Shown here one piece after another: positions 11,616 through 30,725 of a stretch of DNA of 64,000 nucleotides. Numbering within the stretch: the first letter of the stretch is position 1; each line of letters starts with the position of its first letter. The position numbers and the translations under genes were made by a program. The stretch is from Cercozoa sp. M6MM (lineage: Eukaryota; Protista; Endomyxa: Ascetosporea), in NCBI GenBank assembly GCA_040357565.1, contig JBDODJ010000001.1; one strand, 5' to 3'. The notes under the pieces were generated by a model that saw nothing but the letters and a program-made list of their open reading frames with translations, searched no databases and was not told where the DNA came from.

Positions 11616-14140
11616 TCAGTACTTTCTCCACAGTTCAGGACCACCTGAGGTGGACGACACACAAACTCCAGATCTAGACTGTAAACTTACTAACTGTATT
11701 CGATTGAAATCCATTCAGGGCTGCCTTGTTGAAGACCTGCTTTAAGCTGACTAAAATGAGAGCAATCTATTTCGCTGGTCGATGTGGACTTGAAGGAATG
11801 TGCCGCAAACGCATCTCGCGCGCACTCACGGTCGAGTACTGCCGTGTACCAGCGCAGCGACGCGACCAAAACAGAGTAGCTTTCGAGTTCGTCTCGGCGT
11901 CCAGTCGCCGGTCGGTGCAGTGTCACCTCGCATCGTCCAGAGTGAGACACGCGGAACCATTTTCGAAGAGACTTTTGAGCGACACGACGGCGGCTAAGGT
12001 GCACAAACACGCAAAATCTGCTACCTTGTATCCATTTAGAGTTCAAAAGGGTTGTAGTACACAGACAGCCGGCTTCGCCGATGCAGAGTTCAAAAACGTC
12101 GTTGTCAGTCTCGCGAATCTCGGCGAGCAGTGAATCGAGCAGCGGCACGACTTCGGGCGAGTTGGCGGCGAGACTGTAACCGCCGATCGACATGAAGGGT
12201 TCCTCTAGAGACACAGGCTACATGGAGAGAGTAAGGAGGAATTGGACTACCTCCCGACTGCCGTGCGTCACGATGCAGAGCCTGCCGCAGCAGGAAGAAA
12301 GTCTGGTCGTCAACACATCGGAGGAGTGCCTGCAGTTGTGACATATCACTGGTGCCTTCGACAGCGTAGGCGAGTCGTAGAGGCCGTGGCATGAGCGACT
12401 CTTGCTTCAGTTCTAATAGAGGACACGCTTCGTCTTCCTCCTCGTCCTCTTCATTCGCTTCTTCTTGCTCTTCCTGCCTTTCGTTGGTGTATCTTGTCTC
12501 AACTTGCTGCCGACTGGACCGCACTGCCACCGGGTCAAACACGAAGGTGCCTTCGTCCTCGTCGCTCAGAAAGACAAGCATGCCAAACACGGGCAGACAC
12601 CGACCGACACCTGGAAGGCCTGGCAGCTCGTCTGCACGCAGGTACGTTATTCCCCCCTCTTACCCCTACCTCTTCTCACGTCGAAATACCACAACGAGTC
12701 TGCAGGAGGAAGGAGCCGTAGGCATCGTCGGGAGCTCGGTTGAAAAGTTCGCCACCGATGCGACTCTTGAAACGCAGATCACTCTCAGTTGCGGTAGTGG
12801 TATCAGCGACATCGTCACTGACGGCATCAGTGGCACCAGTGGACACATGTGTGGACACGGCGATCACCAATCGTAGCACGCATAGCACGGCGCGCCAGCT
12901 CTTCTCGTCCGCCGGGTTGCACAAGTGCGTTAGAAAGAAATTCGTGGCGTGCTGTCCTAGACAGACTTGCTCCACTGCAGGGAAGAGCTAGAGGGTAGAG
13001 GGTACTGAAGTATATCGTACGTACCATGCAGCATGAGTTTCGACACGTTGCGCTTTCGACCGGGTGTTCTGCGAGCGTTTTGGGACTTGCTTCGACGCAC
13101 CAGGATGTCGAAGCAGCCACTGGCACGCGTAGAGTCATCGTTCTCGTCGTGCAGAAACAGTGAGCGCATGTACACGTGCTGCACCTGGTCAGCTACATGC
13201 AAGACACCAGATACCGCTTTTGAAAAGACACCCATAACCCTACCTCTACGCTTAAGATTCGGGCATCGGGATCTACCCCTATCCCTACAGTTCAGTTACC
13301 TCCCATGTTGTTGTAGAGAGCGTCGAAAAGTGCCTCGTTGTACTCGGCGGTGTTTTCGGACAGCGGCTCGCCGTGCCACTCCTCGGCGTCGTCGCTGCGG
13401 AGTACCATCTTGGCACCCGCGCCAAGATTCTACACGACTCCCAGTACCCGCACTACTACAGCAGTACCTCACCACTGTGTGGTTACCTGAACGAGGTCAG
13501 CAACCGCGTGGACGGGATCGTCGTCAGTGAGTGCCAACTGGAGCACTGGCGCGCCTTTCCTCTTCTTCAGTCTGACAGGAAAATACCAAAAATCCTCTGA
13601 CGTTCAATCAGTTACCCCTCTTCACCTGTCAAAGAAAAGCCAGGGTACAAGAGAGGCAGTGCTTCAGCACGCAACATTTGTGCCAGTTGCTTCTGCAGAG
13701 AAAGCTCGTTCGAATCGCCGAGCCACTCGCGCAGAATCAGCGAGCTCAACTCTTGTGGCAATTCCTGCTTCGTCTGCCTGTTTGTGGTGTGCGTGTCTTT
13801 TGTATTTTCTGGTAGTTTAAGCAGTCATTCCAGCGTACCTCCACAACGCGAAACCATCCAAAAGTGTCGTATCAGCGAGGGCACGAGCGTCTTCCACCAG
13901 ATCGCCCTAAATACGAGGGTGAATATCAAAAGCATCGAGGGACTAGGTCGACCTACACTGGCGTCGACTATCTCTGGACGAAAGAACCTTGACGGCAAAC
14001 CCAGCGCCGCCGACAAAAGTGTCCCCAGCTATCAACAAACAACACACCCAATATTTGATCGAAGGACGGTCACTGACAGTCCCAACTGATCGATCAGCTT
14101 GTTGCAAATACTCTGCCTCACGTACCCTGTAGTCCGCCAT
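11616..14140 (-). CDS. Hypothetical multi-exon protein (Leu-rich, probably helical); may be two genes
   Basis: Chain of minus-strand exon-like ORFs (11690-12214, 12105-12590, 12676-12975, 12957-13235, 13650-14030) separated by GT-AG introns. No family recognised. Confidence 0.5.
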
Positions 14141-14298
14141 GAAGGCTCAGGCACTACCGGCACTAGCGCCAAGGGCCGATTGTCAGCTATTGGTCAGTGT
14201 TTTGATCACTATCCTTTTGACAGCATCCTTAACTAAACGGCTTCATGCAAAACCAATACCGATTGAGCAGTAGACGAGTGCTTGGTTGTGGGAACACA

Positions 14299-16236
14299 AT
14301 GGATGTGCGGATATATGTAATTCTGGCAGCTGGCGTGATTCTGAGATTGCTGGCATGGCTCGGGCAGCACGACACACTGGCAGAAAGGTGGTGTGCCACT
14401 GTGTTGATATTTTGGGTATTTTGCTGACGGTGACGTTTCTTGCAGGCCAGAGTTGGTCACACCACTGACAGCGCAGCGGCGTTTCGCGGAGGCGGCGTTT
14501 CTGGTCGGCGAGGATGCAGCAGAGTACAGTGGCGTGGCACCGTTGCCGCTGGCGTTGTACACTGCGTTGACACGTGTGTTAGGCGATCACCAAGTGAGGG
14601 TGGTGTGGTCACTGCTGTCACTGGTGATGGAAACCGTGGTGATCTGGCTGGTGGCGACACTGGCGGTGCGACAGAGTGCCGAGTGGCCACGTGGGCACCG
14701 TCAGTCGCGTGTGGCACCGAGCTTCCGACTGGTGGCGGCCTGCCTGGCACTGCACCCACTCGGAGTGCTAAACGGCGCCTCTGGCACCGAGTTGCCGAAC
14801 CTATTGGCACGTGCTTTGCTTCTTGGCACAGTGCTAACGTCGCTGCGGTGGCGGCACTGCACGGCAGGGGCAGCACTGTCGGGAGCACTGGCGGCACTGA
14901 CGCTGCTGTGCGACGCGTCGATGCTGCTGCCGCTACTGTCAGTGCCGGTGGTGCTGGTCACTCAGGCACGTGCGCAGGGTCAGGACGAAACCGTCACACA
15001 GGAAACACCGTCGTCTGTGGCACCGACTGATCAGGAGAAACGCCTGCTCGAGCAGTGTCTCGCGGCCGATCAGCAGGCACTGTCGCTCTTTCAGCAGAAC
15101 AAAACGAGCGCCGTGTCGCGAGTGCATCCGAAAGCGAAAACTGTCGCCGCTGTTTTCGTGCTGTCGACACTCGCCGCTTTCGCGTGTTTCGGCGCACTTT
15201 TGTCGGCGGCGATTTGCTCGTCGTCGTTCTGCTTTCTCGACGCGTACTACTGCTTTGTGCTTCGGGTGAGTTTTTCATATTACTTGACTTGGGTTGAGTT
15301 GAGTTGAGTTGAGTTGAGTTGAGTTGAGTTGAGTTGAGTGAGTTGAGTTGAGTGTTGAGTTAGATTGAGTTGAGTTGAGTGAGTTTTTAGGTGGATGAGA
15401 TCGCGCCGGGCATTAGCGTCTGGTGGTACTTCCTGATGGAAGTGTTCCGTCGCTTTCGCGGCTTCTTCCTCTTCGTGTTCCACTCGCACTGCTTCGTGTA
15501 CTTTGTGCCGCTCGTCGTTCGGGTAGTGTCGCCTCTTGTTTTGGCGCTTTGCCTTTTGTTTCCGCTCTGCTTTCGTTGTGTTTCACTTTGCGTTCGTTTT
15601 GCTTCACTCTTTCGTTATGCTTTCACTTTGCGTTTGACTTTGCTTTCATTCTGCTTTTTGCTGTGTATGCTTTCACTTTGCTGGCAGTTCTGGCGCCGTC
15701 CGGTGTTTCTATTCGCTGTGCTGGTGGCGATCTCGCGCATCTTCCGTCCCTTCCCGGTGTTGGGTGACTACGCGTTTGCGCACACACTACTGCTGACGCA
15801 CATGCCGTTGTTCACTCGTGCTTTCTCTTTGAGCTTTCGTACTCTATGTCTGTAGTCACGTTGTTGTGTGCGTGAACAGGAATGCGCTCGATCCTGCCGC
15901 ACGTGATCGCAGTGATGGTGGCACTGATCCTGGGTGCCTTTTTGTTCCCGGCCTGGCAGACCACTAGAAACGCCAACTTCTACTACATCCAGGGCCTCGT
16001 GTTCCTCTGTTCGCACATTCTCATGTAAAATGACTCTCTCTTCGTTCGCTTTCTTGCATTTTTTGTTGTCCAGGCTGCAAGAAACGCTCGTGTCGGCGCG
16101 ACTTGTGCTAGGTCAGGCCACGCAGGAGACCCTCCGCAGCTTCCGCAGTCTGTTCCCACAGTGCTTTGACTCAAACGTCGTGACAGAGGGTGCTGACGAC
16201 GCCGATGATGGTGCTGATGATCGGAAGCACAACTGA
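14299..16236 (+). CDS. PIGU: GPI transamidase subunit PIG-U
   Basis: ERPELVTPLTAQRRFAEA, APGISVWWYFLMEVFRRFRGFF, IFRPFPVLGD and RNANFYY match PIG-U/Gab1 signature segments; multiple TMs. Confidence 0.92.
15292..15385. repeat. (GAGTT)n pentanucleotide microsatellite, intronic
   Basis: Directly visible in a PIG-U intron. Confidence 0.95.
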
Positions 16237-16731
16237 AGTGCAGTTAGGACGGACTGGAAGGATTAAACGAAGCTCTACTGATTGAACATACAGTTGAGGC
16301 ACGATCCCGTCGTGTGTCGCACAACTCAAACTTGAACCAGTTAGTTCAGCACAGTCTACTCAGAAACCAACGTTTTCACTGGTACCACTATGTTCTTTGA
16401 TGCAATCCCTCACCGTCTGTGCCCATGATGTTGTGTGTCTGTAAATTATCTGTTGTATGTGTGTTGTGCAGTTCGATCTGTCGGGGAATGCTACGCGCTG
16501 GAGCACCGACGCATCGGTCCGCGGTGCTTTGGTTTCTGTCTTCTCAGGTTTCGTTTGGGCGGGTGCGCTTTACTCGCGCATGGCCTCAATCCACCGCCCG
16601 CTTAGCGAGAGTGAAGCCATCCAACTCCCCTTTTGTACTTCCCCTAGGACATCTTCGAATTCAAGGTTGGGACGCACAAACTAACACGACACTTGACCCC
16701 GGGCGTCTCGTCGCTCTCGGTCGTGTTTCAG

Positions 16732-17575
16732 TTAAAACACCTCGTAAGTGTGCCGAAGCGTATCGAACGGCGACTGATCGTTGAAGCACGAGTCGAACAC
16801 GAGTTCGATGGCCTGCTTGGCGGCCGACTCGCTGGTGACAACGCCACGCTCTTGGAGATTCCGGGCCGCCACCTCACGTAAGCAGCGCTGGAAGCCGCGC
16901 GGCTCTGTTCGGAACTGCACACAGTGGCAATAACTGATCAACTCGGGTCTTTTTTTTTTAAAGAATGTACTTGTTCGAATCGAAAGGCCAGTCGGTAGTA
17001 GTTGCACTCGCCGCTGAACATATTGGACCGAATCTCGGCGCATGCACAGTGCTGCAACAATAGCATTGGAAATATCATCAAAACAAAAGGCACAGTGATG
17101 TCAGTCAAAAGTCAAGAAACCTCAGGATCCGTCCAATCGATGTCGCCGCGACAGTGGTCGAAACTCTTGGTGAGGCCTCGCCGCATGTCGATCAGCACGT
17201 CCTTCTGCTTCTGCTGCTCGACCTGCTCCTGGCAGAAAACTATGCGAGCCTGCCCTTGCTCGTCGACGGTAAAACCCGGCTCCTGAGGAAGCTCCTCAGG
17301 ACCTCGCTGGCACGGCTCGCACGAGAAAAACGTCGCCGGCAACGGGCAACCTGACACAGTGCCCCCACTCAGTCCAGACACCAGAACCGATCGATCAGCA
17401 GCATAACGGTACCATTCTGGGCACAGCTCGTGCGAAGCAGGTTTACCGTCAGATCGTCTAGCGTGCGCGATACCTTTTCGAGACACCTTACGTACTGCTG
17501 TTGCATGCGTGTGGCCGCATCAAGCATCCTAGCTTGTGCTGTCTCCTCCGCAGACTTCGGCGCAGACTCACTCAT
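16732..17575 (-). CDS. ATP23: Mitochondrial inner-membrane protease ATP23 homologue (peptidase M76), HExxH motif lost
   Basis: FSCEPC..GF..IVFCQEQ..SFDHCRGDIDWTD../HCACAEIRSNMFSGEC../FQRCLREVA..AIELVFDSCFNDQSPFD matches ATP23. Confidence 0.9.
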
Positions 17576-17777
17576 TCTCTTGACACGCGGACGAAGCTCT
17601 CGAACGATCAATATCGAAAAAGCAGCCCAAAACACATAGGCACACGTGAGCGCGCGTCTACGCACTCATCCGCACGCTGCAGTCTGGAGTGCTGTTTTTC
17701 GCCTCAATATAAAGAAGACACCTGTTTCGTGATCTCCTGTGCCTCTCAGCGCTGGCTGCGACTTCGGAAGTGTAGCC

Positions 17778-18668
17778 ATGGAAATGTAGTGCTATTTTGA
17801 CTGGATGTAAACGCCCGCGGGCACAATAATTGAAAGACACAATGATGTGAAAAAGCTTGCGCGATGCATTGTTTGCGTGACTTTGGTGCTTGCCCGTGAG
17901 TCGTCAAGTGTTCCTGTTTCGCACACACCTTTTCACAATGCAAAGAGCGAGAATTCAGTTGTATGGTGCAGTCTGGACCCGGCGTCGGCGCTGCTGACGA
18001 ACGTCGAGGTGCTCGAGCTGGTGCGCATGCACGAGAAGGCGCACCTCGAGCGCGAGAAGGAGCTGATTCTGCGACGAGACGCGAAAATCGAGCGCAGAAA
18101 ACGCGTGGCCGCGCAGGCCGAACAGAAGGCCGATGGCAGCAGTCAGGACAGCAGCCAGCAGCACAGTAGCCAGGGTGCCAAGTTGGACAACGAGGTGGTG
18201 CTGCTGCGCGAGTTGACGCAGCTGCGAGTGGACGAGCGCGTCGCTCAGCGCAAGCTGCACGGGTCCTTCCGTCCCGGCGCGGCCTTCACGTCGGTGCGCG
18301 AGTTCCTGGAGAGCACGCCGGCCGGCACGCAGACCTGCCAGCAGGTGAGCGACGCACTCGTGGCACTGGCCTCCGAGTTCGCCTCCGAGGGCACACAGCT
18401 CACGCGCGAGGAAATGCTCATGTGTGTCAACTGGCGACCCACCTCGCTGGTCGAAGTGCACAAGGTAGTCCATAGTTTTCCTTCCGTCTCCCTCCTCTAG
18501 TGTTTGCTTGCACAGCTCATTGCGCACGCCGAGACGCGTTTCTCCGAGTCGCAGCTCGAGCGGATTTGTGAGCTCATGGCAGCGCTGCCCGAGCAGCCCG
18601 ACGTCGACACCGAGTCCGACTCCGACGCCGACACCGAGTCCGACGACAGTGACAATGAGTCCGAGTGA
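17778..18668 (+). CDS. CRCP: RNA polymerase III subunit RPC9/C17 (Rpb4 family)
   Basis: Spliced MEILDPASALLTNVEVLEL..FLESTPAG..LTREEMLMCVNWRPTSLVEVHK/LIAHAETRFSESQLERI. Confidence 0.85.
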
Positions 18669-18769
18669 TCGAGTGCAGCACATCTGCCAGTGCGCACCTG
18701 ACCTAACTTGACTCAACTTGACCTCAGTTTGTTGCCGAAGTTGACGTTATACGATAAAGACTGTAATCA

Positions 18770-24221
<5,452 letters not shown>

Positions 24222-24564
24222 GGACGAGCGACGCCATGTATACCGCCAGTGCGTGTAGTAAATTATAAATGATATAGATAGTATATCGATTCGGTCCGTT
24301 GTATATCGGCACCGCTTAAAGAGACGATAGACTTTAAATAGACTCGGAATCGCGCACGCGCAGAACACGGGCATCGTGGGTATGCGGTTTCGTTAAGTTC
24401 AATAGATAGCGCACTGGTGCAGGAAAACTACTGAGTTGGTTTCATGTAAGACTCAACTAACTAACTAACTTGACTACGTACAATAGTAATGCGATGCATC
24501 ATGATCGGATGCGCCGCGCATCTACAGTCCGTGCACATGCGATGACGTATCGTATGTGCCAGGG

Positions 24565-27500
24565 TCAGACGGCAAAGACAAAGTTGGTTGACTGTTGCAC
24601 CTCCAGCTGCACGCGCGAGTCGTCGAAGCGCGTCAGAGGTAACACAGGTTGTCTCAGACGTGCCACAGCTTCGCTTTTGAGCACGCGATCAACTTCTTCC
24701 CACTGTGAAACCAGAGTGCGTGTGTTTTTGTCAGTTCTGTGCCTTCCAGAACGAACAGAAAGAGGTTTAAAAAACTGTACAGATGGTCGCGTCTCTGGGT
24801 CGGCGTCAAAGCAGCGGCGCAGCAATTGCTGCAACTCCACAGGAGCGTCAATTGGGATTGGTGGCTATTTTTTGGCCAAAAACACACAGGATTCAGCGGC
24901 ATCAGTCAGCAAAACAACAGAACAAAAAGGCACCCTCCTGCCTTCTTCTGAAATCAATCGACAGGCAGCTGCTGCGCTTTCCACCTTTGTTTCTTGCATT
25001 ACTCTGCAAGAAACACACACCGAAACACATTGGCAACAACACACAGGAGACTGGCAAATTAAAAAAAAAACAATGGGAAACCGTGTGGGACTGCCCTGCA
25101 GCAATGGCGTCTCGGCGAGTGCTACAGGCAACGGTCGCGTCGTGTACACGAACGGGAACCGGAAGGTCAGGAGTTCCCACAGCAGCACACCGAACGAGTA
25201 CCTGTTGCAGACCCTTCCAGGTATGCTAGGACAGTCACGTATATTGACCGAGGGGAGGGTACATGTCACTCGCGAAGCTGGGAGGCGTTCCATCGAACAA
25301 CTCGGGTGCAATCCACGCCGTCTGTAGCAAGGGGGAGGGGTAAAAGAAGAGCACAAGGAAAGGCAGAAGGCAAGAGAGGATGAGGCTACCGTGCCACGCA
25401 CACGGCCAGTGTGGCGGTTCTCCTGCAGTGTGTCGGCGCAGAAGAGCGACTCGCCAAAGTCGGCCACCTTGGCGCACCACTTGGACCCGGTGAGCAGCAC
25501 GTTGGGTGACTTGATGTCACCATGCACCACGTTGGCGTTGTGCAGGTAGGCCAGACCACGTGCCACCTGCTTGGCCACCTGCATCGGCGTTGTGTGCTGC
25601 CACGCGTGTGTCTGCACCATACCACAGGGTACATCGTGTAGTACTAGACAGACGGTATTAGCGCAGACAGGCATTCAGTGATATACATCTGGGTCATGCA
25701 GGATTTCCTGCAGCGAGCCATGCGACGCGTACTCCATCACAAGACCGACTCGTGGCTACACAGCACAAGTACAACGTTACCAACACAGACACAACAAAGC
25801 CGACCTACCAGATTGATGGTGACGCCACGGAACTCGACGCAGTGGTGGTGCCTCAACCGTGCTAGCACTTTGGCTTCCCTACACAAGTATCACTCACTCA
25901 CGCTATCGTACCTAAGTCCGATAGAAGACGCAGTCGCACCTTGGTATATCGGCGAACATGGTTGGTGACAGACCGTCGCGCAGACAGAACCATTTGGTCT
26001 GTCATATGCACATTAGACAAAGTGCAGAGACATTGAGTGAGCAGGGCGGCCAAGTACCACCACGCGTTGTCCGTAGTACTCACATAACTCAATATCGATG
26101 CGCATCACTTTGTCTTGACTGATTATGCGAACAGGCGTCAGCGAGGTCGACGGGATCAAGAGCGACATGCCGCTGCGCAACTTGGCCACCACCGTGCTGA
26201 CCGTGTCCTCTCCTCCTACATTCGTCAAGGCACCTAGCATATTCACCCCCAAAACACCAGCCAAGAGGGTACCACTGAGACTGTGTATGCTTTTCTCGGT
26301 GCTGTAGGCGCTGTCGATGTCGCTGACGTCACTGTCGGCGTCGTTGACCTTCTTGATATCATGGTCCCTGCAGACAAACAGCACACTAATACAAGGCACT
26401 CACTTGCACACAGGCAGAGCAGCACCACAGAGAGCCACCCAACGGGTCTTGAGTACTCTCCGACTGCCAGCGCTGCAGCAAATCGCCCTCTGTAGAAGCC
26501 AAAGGGAAGGGTAACATGGGCAATAACATCGGGTGAAAGCAGGCAGCGATACTCTGGATGGAGGTTGGCGACAACAAACTCGTCCAGTAGGCGGCATCGC
26601 GCGTCAGCATGGCGTAAAACGTCGTTGGCCATGCAGAAAAGTAGACCAACAAGGTCACTGCGCACAAGACAACTATACACAAAAACAGGCACATCATTGA
26701 CACAAAAGGTACGGGTATTGATGCACGCGCTGGTTTCACTTTGCTTTAGAACCAAAAGGTTGCAGATGCCGAAACTAAGCACCAAAAAAGATAAGAGGTA
26801 GAGATCTCAATTGTACAAGCCAAGGTGGTACGGCATGCAACATACCAAATGTAGCACACGGCATTGAGTAGCGAGAAGGGCAGCACCGACACACGCGGCG
26901 CTTCGCTCAGTCGGTGCCTGTTGCGCATCAGGTACAGACAGCGCAGGACGAGGCAGATGTGAAACACGGCCAGTGCCAGTTGGAAGACACCAATCACGAC
27001 CTATTCAATCCGGATTCACAGAGGAACGAAGCTCCAGGGCAGGGAAACAAGCAAAGGCCTGCACCAAAGCAACGACGGACTTGAGCGGCACGAGACTGCC
27101 GTTGCTGTTGTTGTCGTTCGCGTCGCGCCTGGGCACCTCGGCCAGGAACTGGGAGAGACAAGGTTAAGGAGAGGATAATGGGTCAAGGGAATCGAATGAC
27201 AATGCTACGATGGCAGCCATGATGGAACACGCATGCAGGCAGCCAACAACACCTCCAATCTATGTGCAAAAACATAGCATTCCAAGTCTGGAAAAAAGAA
27301 ACCAAGACAAGTACCCAGAAGGAACGCAGTGTCCATTTTCTGCTAGCGCTTCGGCTTAAAAAGAGCAGCGGAGCACCTGCAACAACAGACGTCTGCTTAG
27401 TCACACCAGGGACAGTGGGGGTCTTGCATGCCCAGTACCAACTTCAAAGATGCCAGACACCATGCCGACCAACGACAATAGCACTGCGAAGACAATGCCC

Positions 27501-28175
27501 TGACGAAACTTGGCACCCGGTGAGACGTCATCCCAGTCAACACCATACGCAAAACCGAACGTCAGACTGTGCAACAATACAGGTGGAACAATTTTAACAA
27601 CACCGGCCAGCATGTGCGGCATTTTACTAAAGCATCCAGCAGAGCGGCCACACTGCGCTGCGTTGCAGCAACGTCACGTAACTCGCAAATGAAAGCTGCG
27701 CGACAGTAACTTACATAAACGTGATAACACTGTACCTGTACTTGTATGTCCTGTACCTGTCCATGCCTCCGCAAGTTCGACTGCACGCGCTGCAGCACCA
27801 AGTAGATGTTCGATGCGAGGATGAGCGACATCAGCAGGTGATCCAGGCGCGCCTGGGGTAGCACCCACCAGTGCAAGGCGCGGAGACAGACGTTGTCCGA
27901 CTCCTCGATGCGCCTGAAGAAGCCATATCGAAAATAAATAGCGATCACAAATGCTCAGAGTTTATACCCAGAGTGTGGCCCATTGTCAAAAAGGACCTGA
28001 ACAGGGCCAGACTTATCGTGCCAGCCCATGCACCACCCTCTGCAGGTTCTCACACGATAATACTGGAGAGAAAAAGGTTCTGACGGCGCTAGGACGTAAA
28101 AGACCGCTAAACTGTGACATGCACCACGAGCACACCCGTAGATACCCCCACAGGCGCGATCAGATCCCCAGACAT
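24565..28175 (-). CDS. Multi-pass (7TM/GPCR-like) receptor fused to a tyrosine-kinase-like (TKL) kinase
   Basis: Seven hydrophobic segments across exons 27900-26570 ending FYAMLTRDAAYWTSLL. Kinase: VVTK, EAKVLARLRHHHCVEFRGV, LVMEY, HGDIKSPNVLL, KVADFG, GTTAWIAPE, SDMYSFGVLLWE, CFDADPETRPS. Start uncertain. Confidence 0.8.
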
Positions 28176-28521
28176 TTTACAGCCAACCGTCAGCCGTCGT
28201 CGCTCAGAGATTTCCAGCCAATGCAGTGGGTAGCTCGTGGTGACCATGAAACTATACATTGCCCGGCTTGTCCTGTGGATTGGATTAACAGTGCCAATGA
28301 AAGTCATACGATTGACTATCAATACTTTGGAGCGAAAAAACGCTTCAGTCTCAGTCTCGAGAGAAACGCGGTCTACGATCTTGATCAATGCCAGTCCCCA
28401 CGACCAACTGAACCCAGCTTAGAATTTTAGGATGAGTGGAATCATTGGCGAGGCGAGATCGTGAGCTTTGCTTTGCCATCCAGGCGGCGTTGTTTTGTTC
28501 ATTTGTCAAGGGTTTTGATTT

Positions 28522-30407
28522 ATGAACAGACGTTCGCGCTCGGAGTTGCTTGAAAAGCGCAAAAATAACGCTCGCGAAATCGCAGTGAAGGCAGTGGATC
28601 TTCTATCTCAAAAACGTCGAGAAGCTTTGCTCGCGTATGATCCACAAAATGAGACGCGACGTATCAGCGAAGACTTGAAGCGCCGCACAGCACAGAAGCC
28701 ACGTGAGGTTCTTTCTCGCTTTCCTCCAAAACGAAAGGAGCCAGTCGTCCACGAGCGGAAGATGCTTCCAAAAACGACGGCTTCGCTCCGGGAGTTAACC
28801 GAGCTTCGTGTGCACGAGCTGCGAGTCGAAGAGTTAAAAAGCTTGGCACAAGCACGCGAAACAATAATCCGTCGAACAGCCGAAAAAGCGGCACACACGC
28901 ATGCGAATGCCACTGTGCGTGATACACTTCAACAACAACCTTCTCTCGACACTGACACGCAGAGCAAGCTGAAGAAAAGGCGTCTTCTAGAACTGCGCGA
29001 GCATGCGAATGACTTGTTCGACGCAGCGTGTGCGAACAGACCGGACATGCTGCTTCGTGACAGATTCGCACCGAGTCCAATCCTGCCCAACGCAGAACCA
29101 GTTTTTCTTGTGTCGGGCGGCATTGAAAGTGACGAAATCGGCACAGAAGTGGCAGAACAGCCAAAACATTCATCGCACCGTCGCTACGACTACTTCAAGC
29201 GTCACTTCAACACTGAGCCTTCTGTCTGGAAGGGCGGTATGTGCTAGACTTGCTTGATATGACTGTAGGAAATGTTGAGTAAGTTTAGGAAACCAAGGAG
29301 TGGATGAGCCAGCGACGCGAGATGCGTGTGACATGCCTGAAACCACCTTGTCTGGCAAAAGTGTTTTCGTAAAAGGAAGGCGTGCGGCTTCGACATCACA
29401 GACGGAAGAACACCCTCGGATGCGACGACGTCTGAATCTGAAGGAAGCGGCCGCAGCCTTGGGTGTAGAGGAGAACGATCTTGTTGTCGAAATGCCAGGT
29501 CTGGCTGCACACGTTCCGCAATTCCGTGCCGAAACGGCGCCGTTGTACTCAAGTTTCACACCTGATTTTGTGTTCCGCGAGCCGCAATTGCCGCCGCTGG
29601 AGCGATATGCTCCCGATTACCAACGAAAGAAGAAGCGACGAAACCTGTATCTTGAGATGCGACGAAGTGCGTTGAGACAGTTGCGTTCACGGGCTGCACT
29701 TCCCGTACAGATTGGGTTCTTCCCGACCCGACGTCGGGCGAGCAATTTGGGTGCGCGAGTTCGTGTTGTCGATCAGACGCCAACCGCCGACTTAAGTGAG
29801 CACACTCGAAGTGCCAGAACTCGAACGGGAACGTCGAGTGACGCGCGTCCCTCCACGAATGCCACGGTGTCAACGCGTGCCCCTGCTACTCGTGAAGTGC
29901 CTCTGCCGGACGTTGCATCAAACGAGGACAAATACAATGCACGCGATGTCGTTCGAACCAAAAACTGGCGCCGCTTGCCACAACGGCCTTCAAGCGGCAG
30001 TCAAACGCAAGTGTTGCTACGTCGCATGACGCCGGCTTACGTCGATCCCAACGCTGTCATGGTTGGGCATTCTATTTGTTACAGTACCTGTATCGTGTCA
30101 TCTTTGACGTACCGGCAAGTTGTGAGAGCAGAGTCTACGACGTCAGGTGCACAAACGAGGCTCCATCGATCTAACTCGAACAGCTCAGATTGCGGCTGCT
30201 GTGCGTGTATTCCAGCGCAACCTGTTCAAAACCATCGCACGTGAAGCTGAGTCAAAGTCAAAGACCAAACATAGCGTTGAAGCGGCTGAACATGCAACTG
30301 ACAGATCCGATGGCGCAGGTCACAGCAGTAGTGGCAGTACGATTGCTTCAAGCGGGTTGGAGTCCATTTCGGCCTCGCAAGCTGCTGCTCTGTCGCCTGC
30401 GCCGTAA
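28522..30407 (+). CDS. Hypothetical Arg-rich/coiled-coil protein (about 3 long exons)
   Basis: ORFs 28522-29247, 29300-30244 and 30147-30407 are separated by short GT-AG introns; no family recognised. Confidence 0.6.
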
Positions 30408-30725
30408 AATATACCCATATCGGACGGAGAGTGGTGTTTAATCGGACTGCCTTTTCATAACAGTGAGGCGTGAGGGCAGTACAGAATTAAAAGTGAGGCA
30501 ACCGACCGAATTAAAAGCGCCAACAGTACAGTACAAATATGAGCGATCAAAGTGTCAAAAGTTACTCGTGCTAGTGTTTCAGTGTGAAAGAAACGGAAGA
30601 ACGCAGGTTATCAGGTGGTGTATAGATACACCGGAACAGTTCGTACGTGCGATCACACAGAGATAAACGTGTACCCATAGCACCGGGATCCTTCATCTTG
30701 TCGCCTCGCGTGACGTCGACCGAGG

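Noticed and set aside
16390-16700. Possible small spliced gene or ncRNA between PIG-U and ATP23
   Set aside because: Splice-like signals are present but no single convincing frame or RNA family motif was found.
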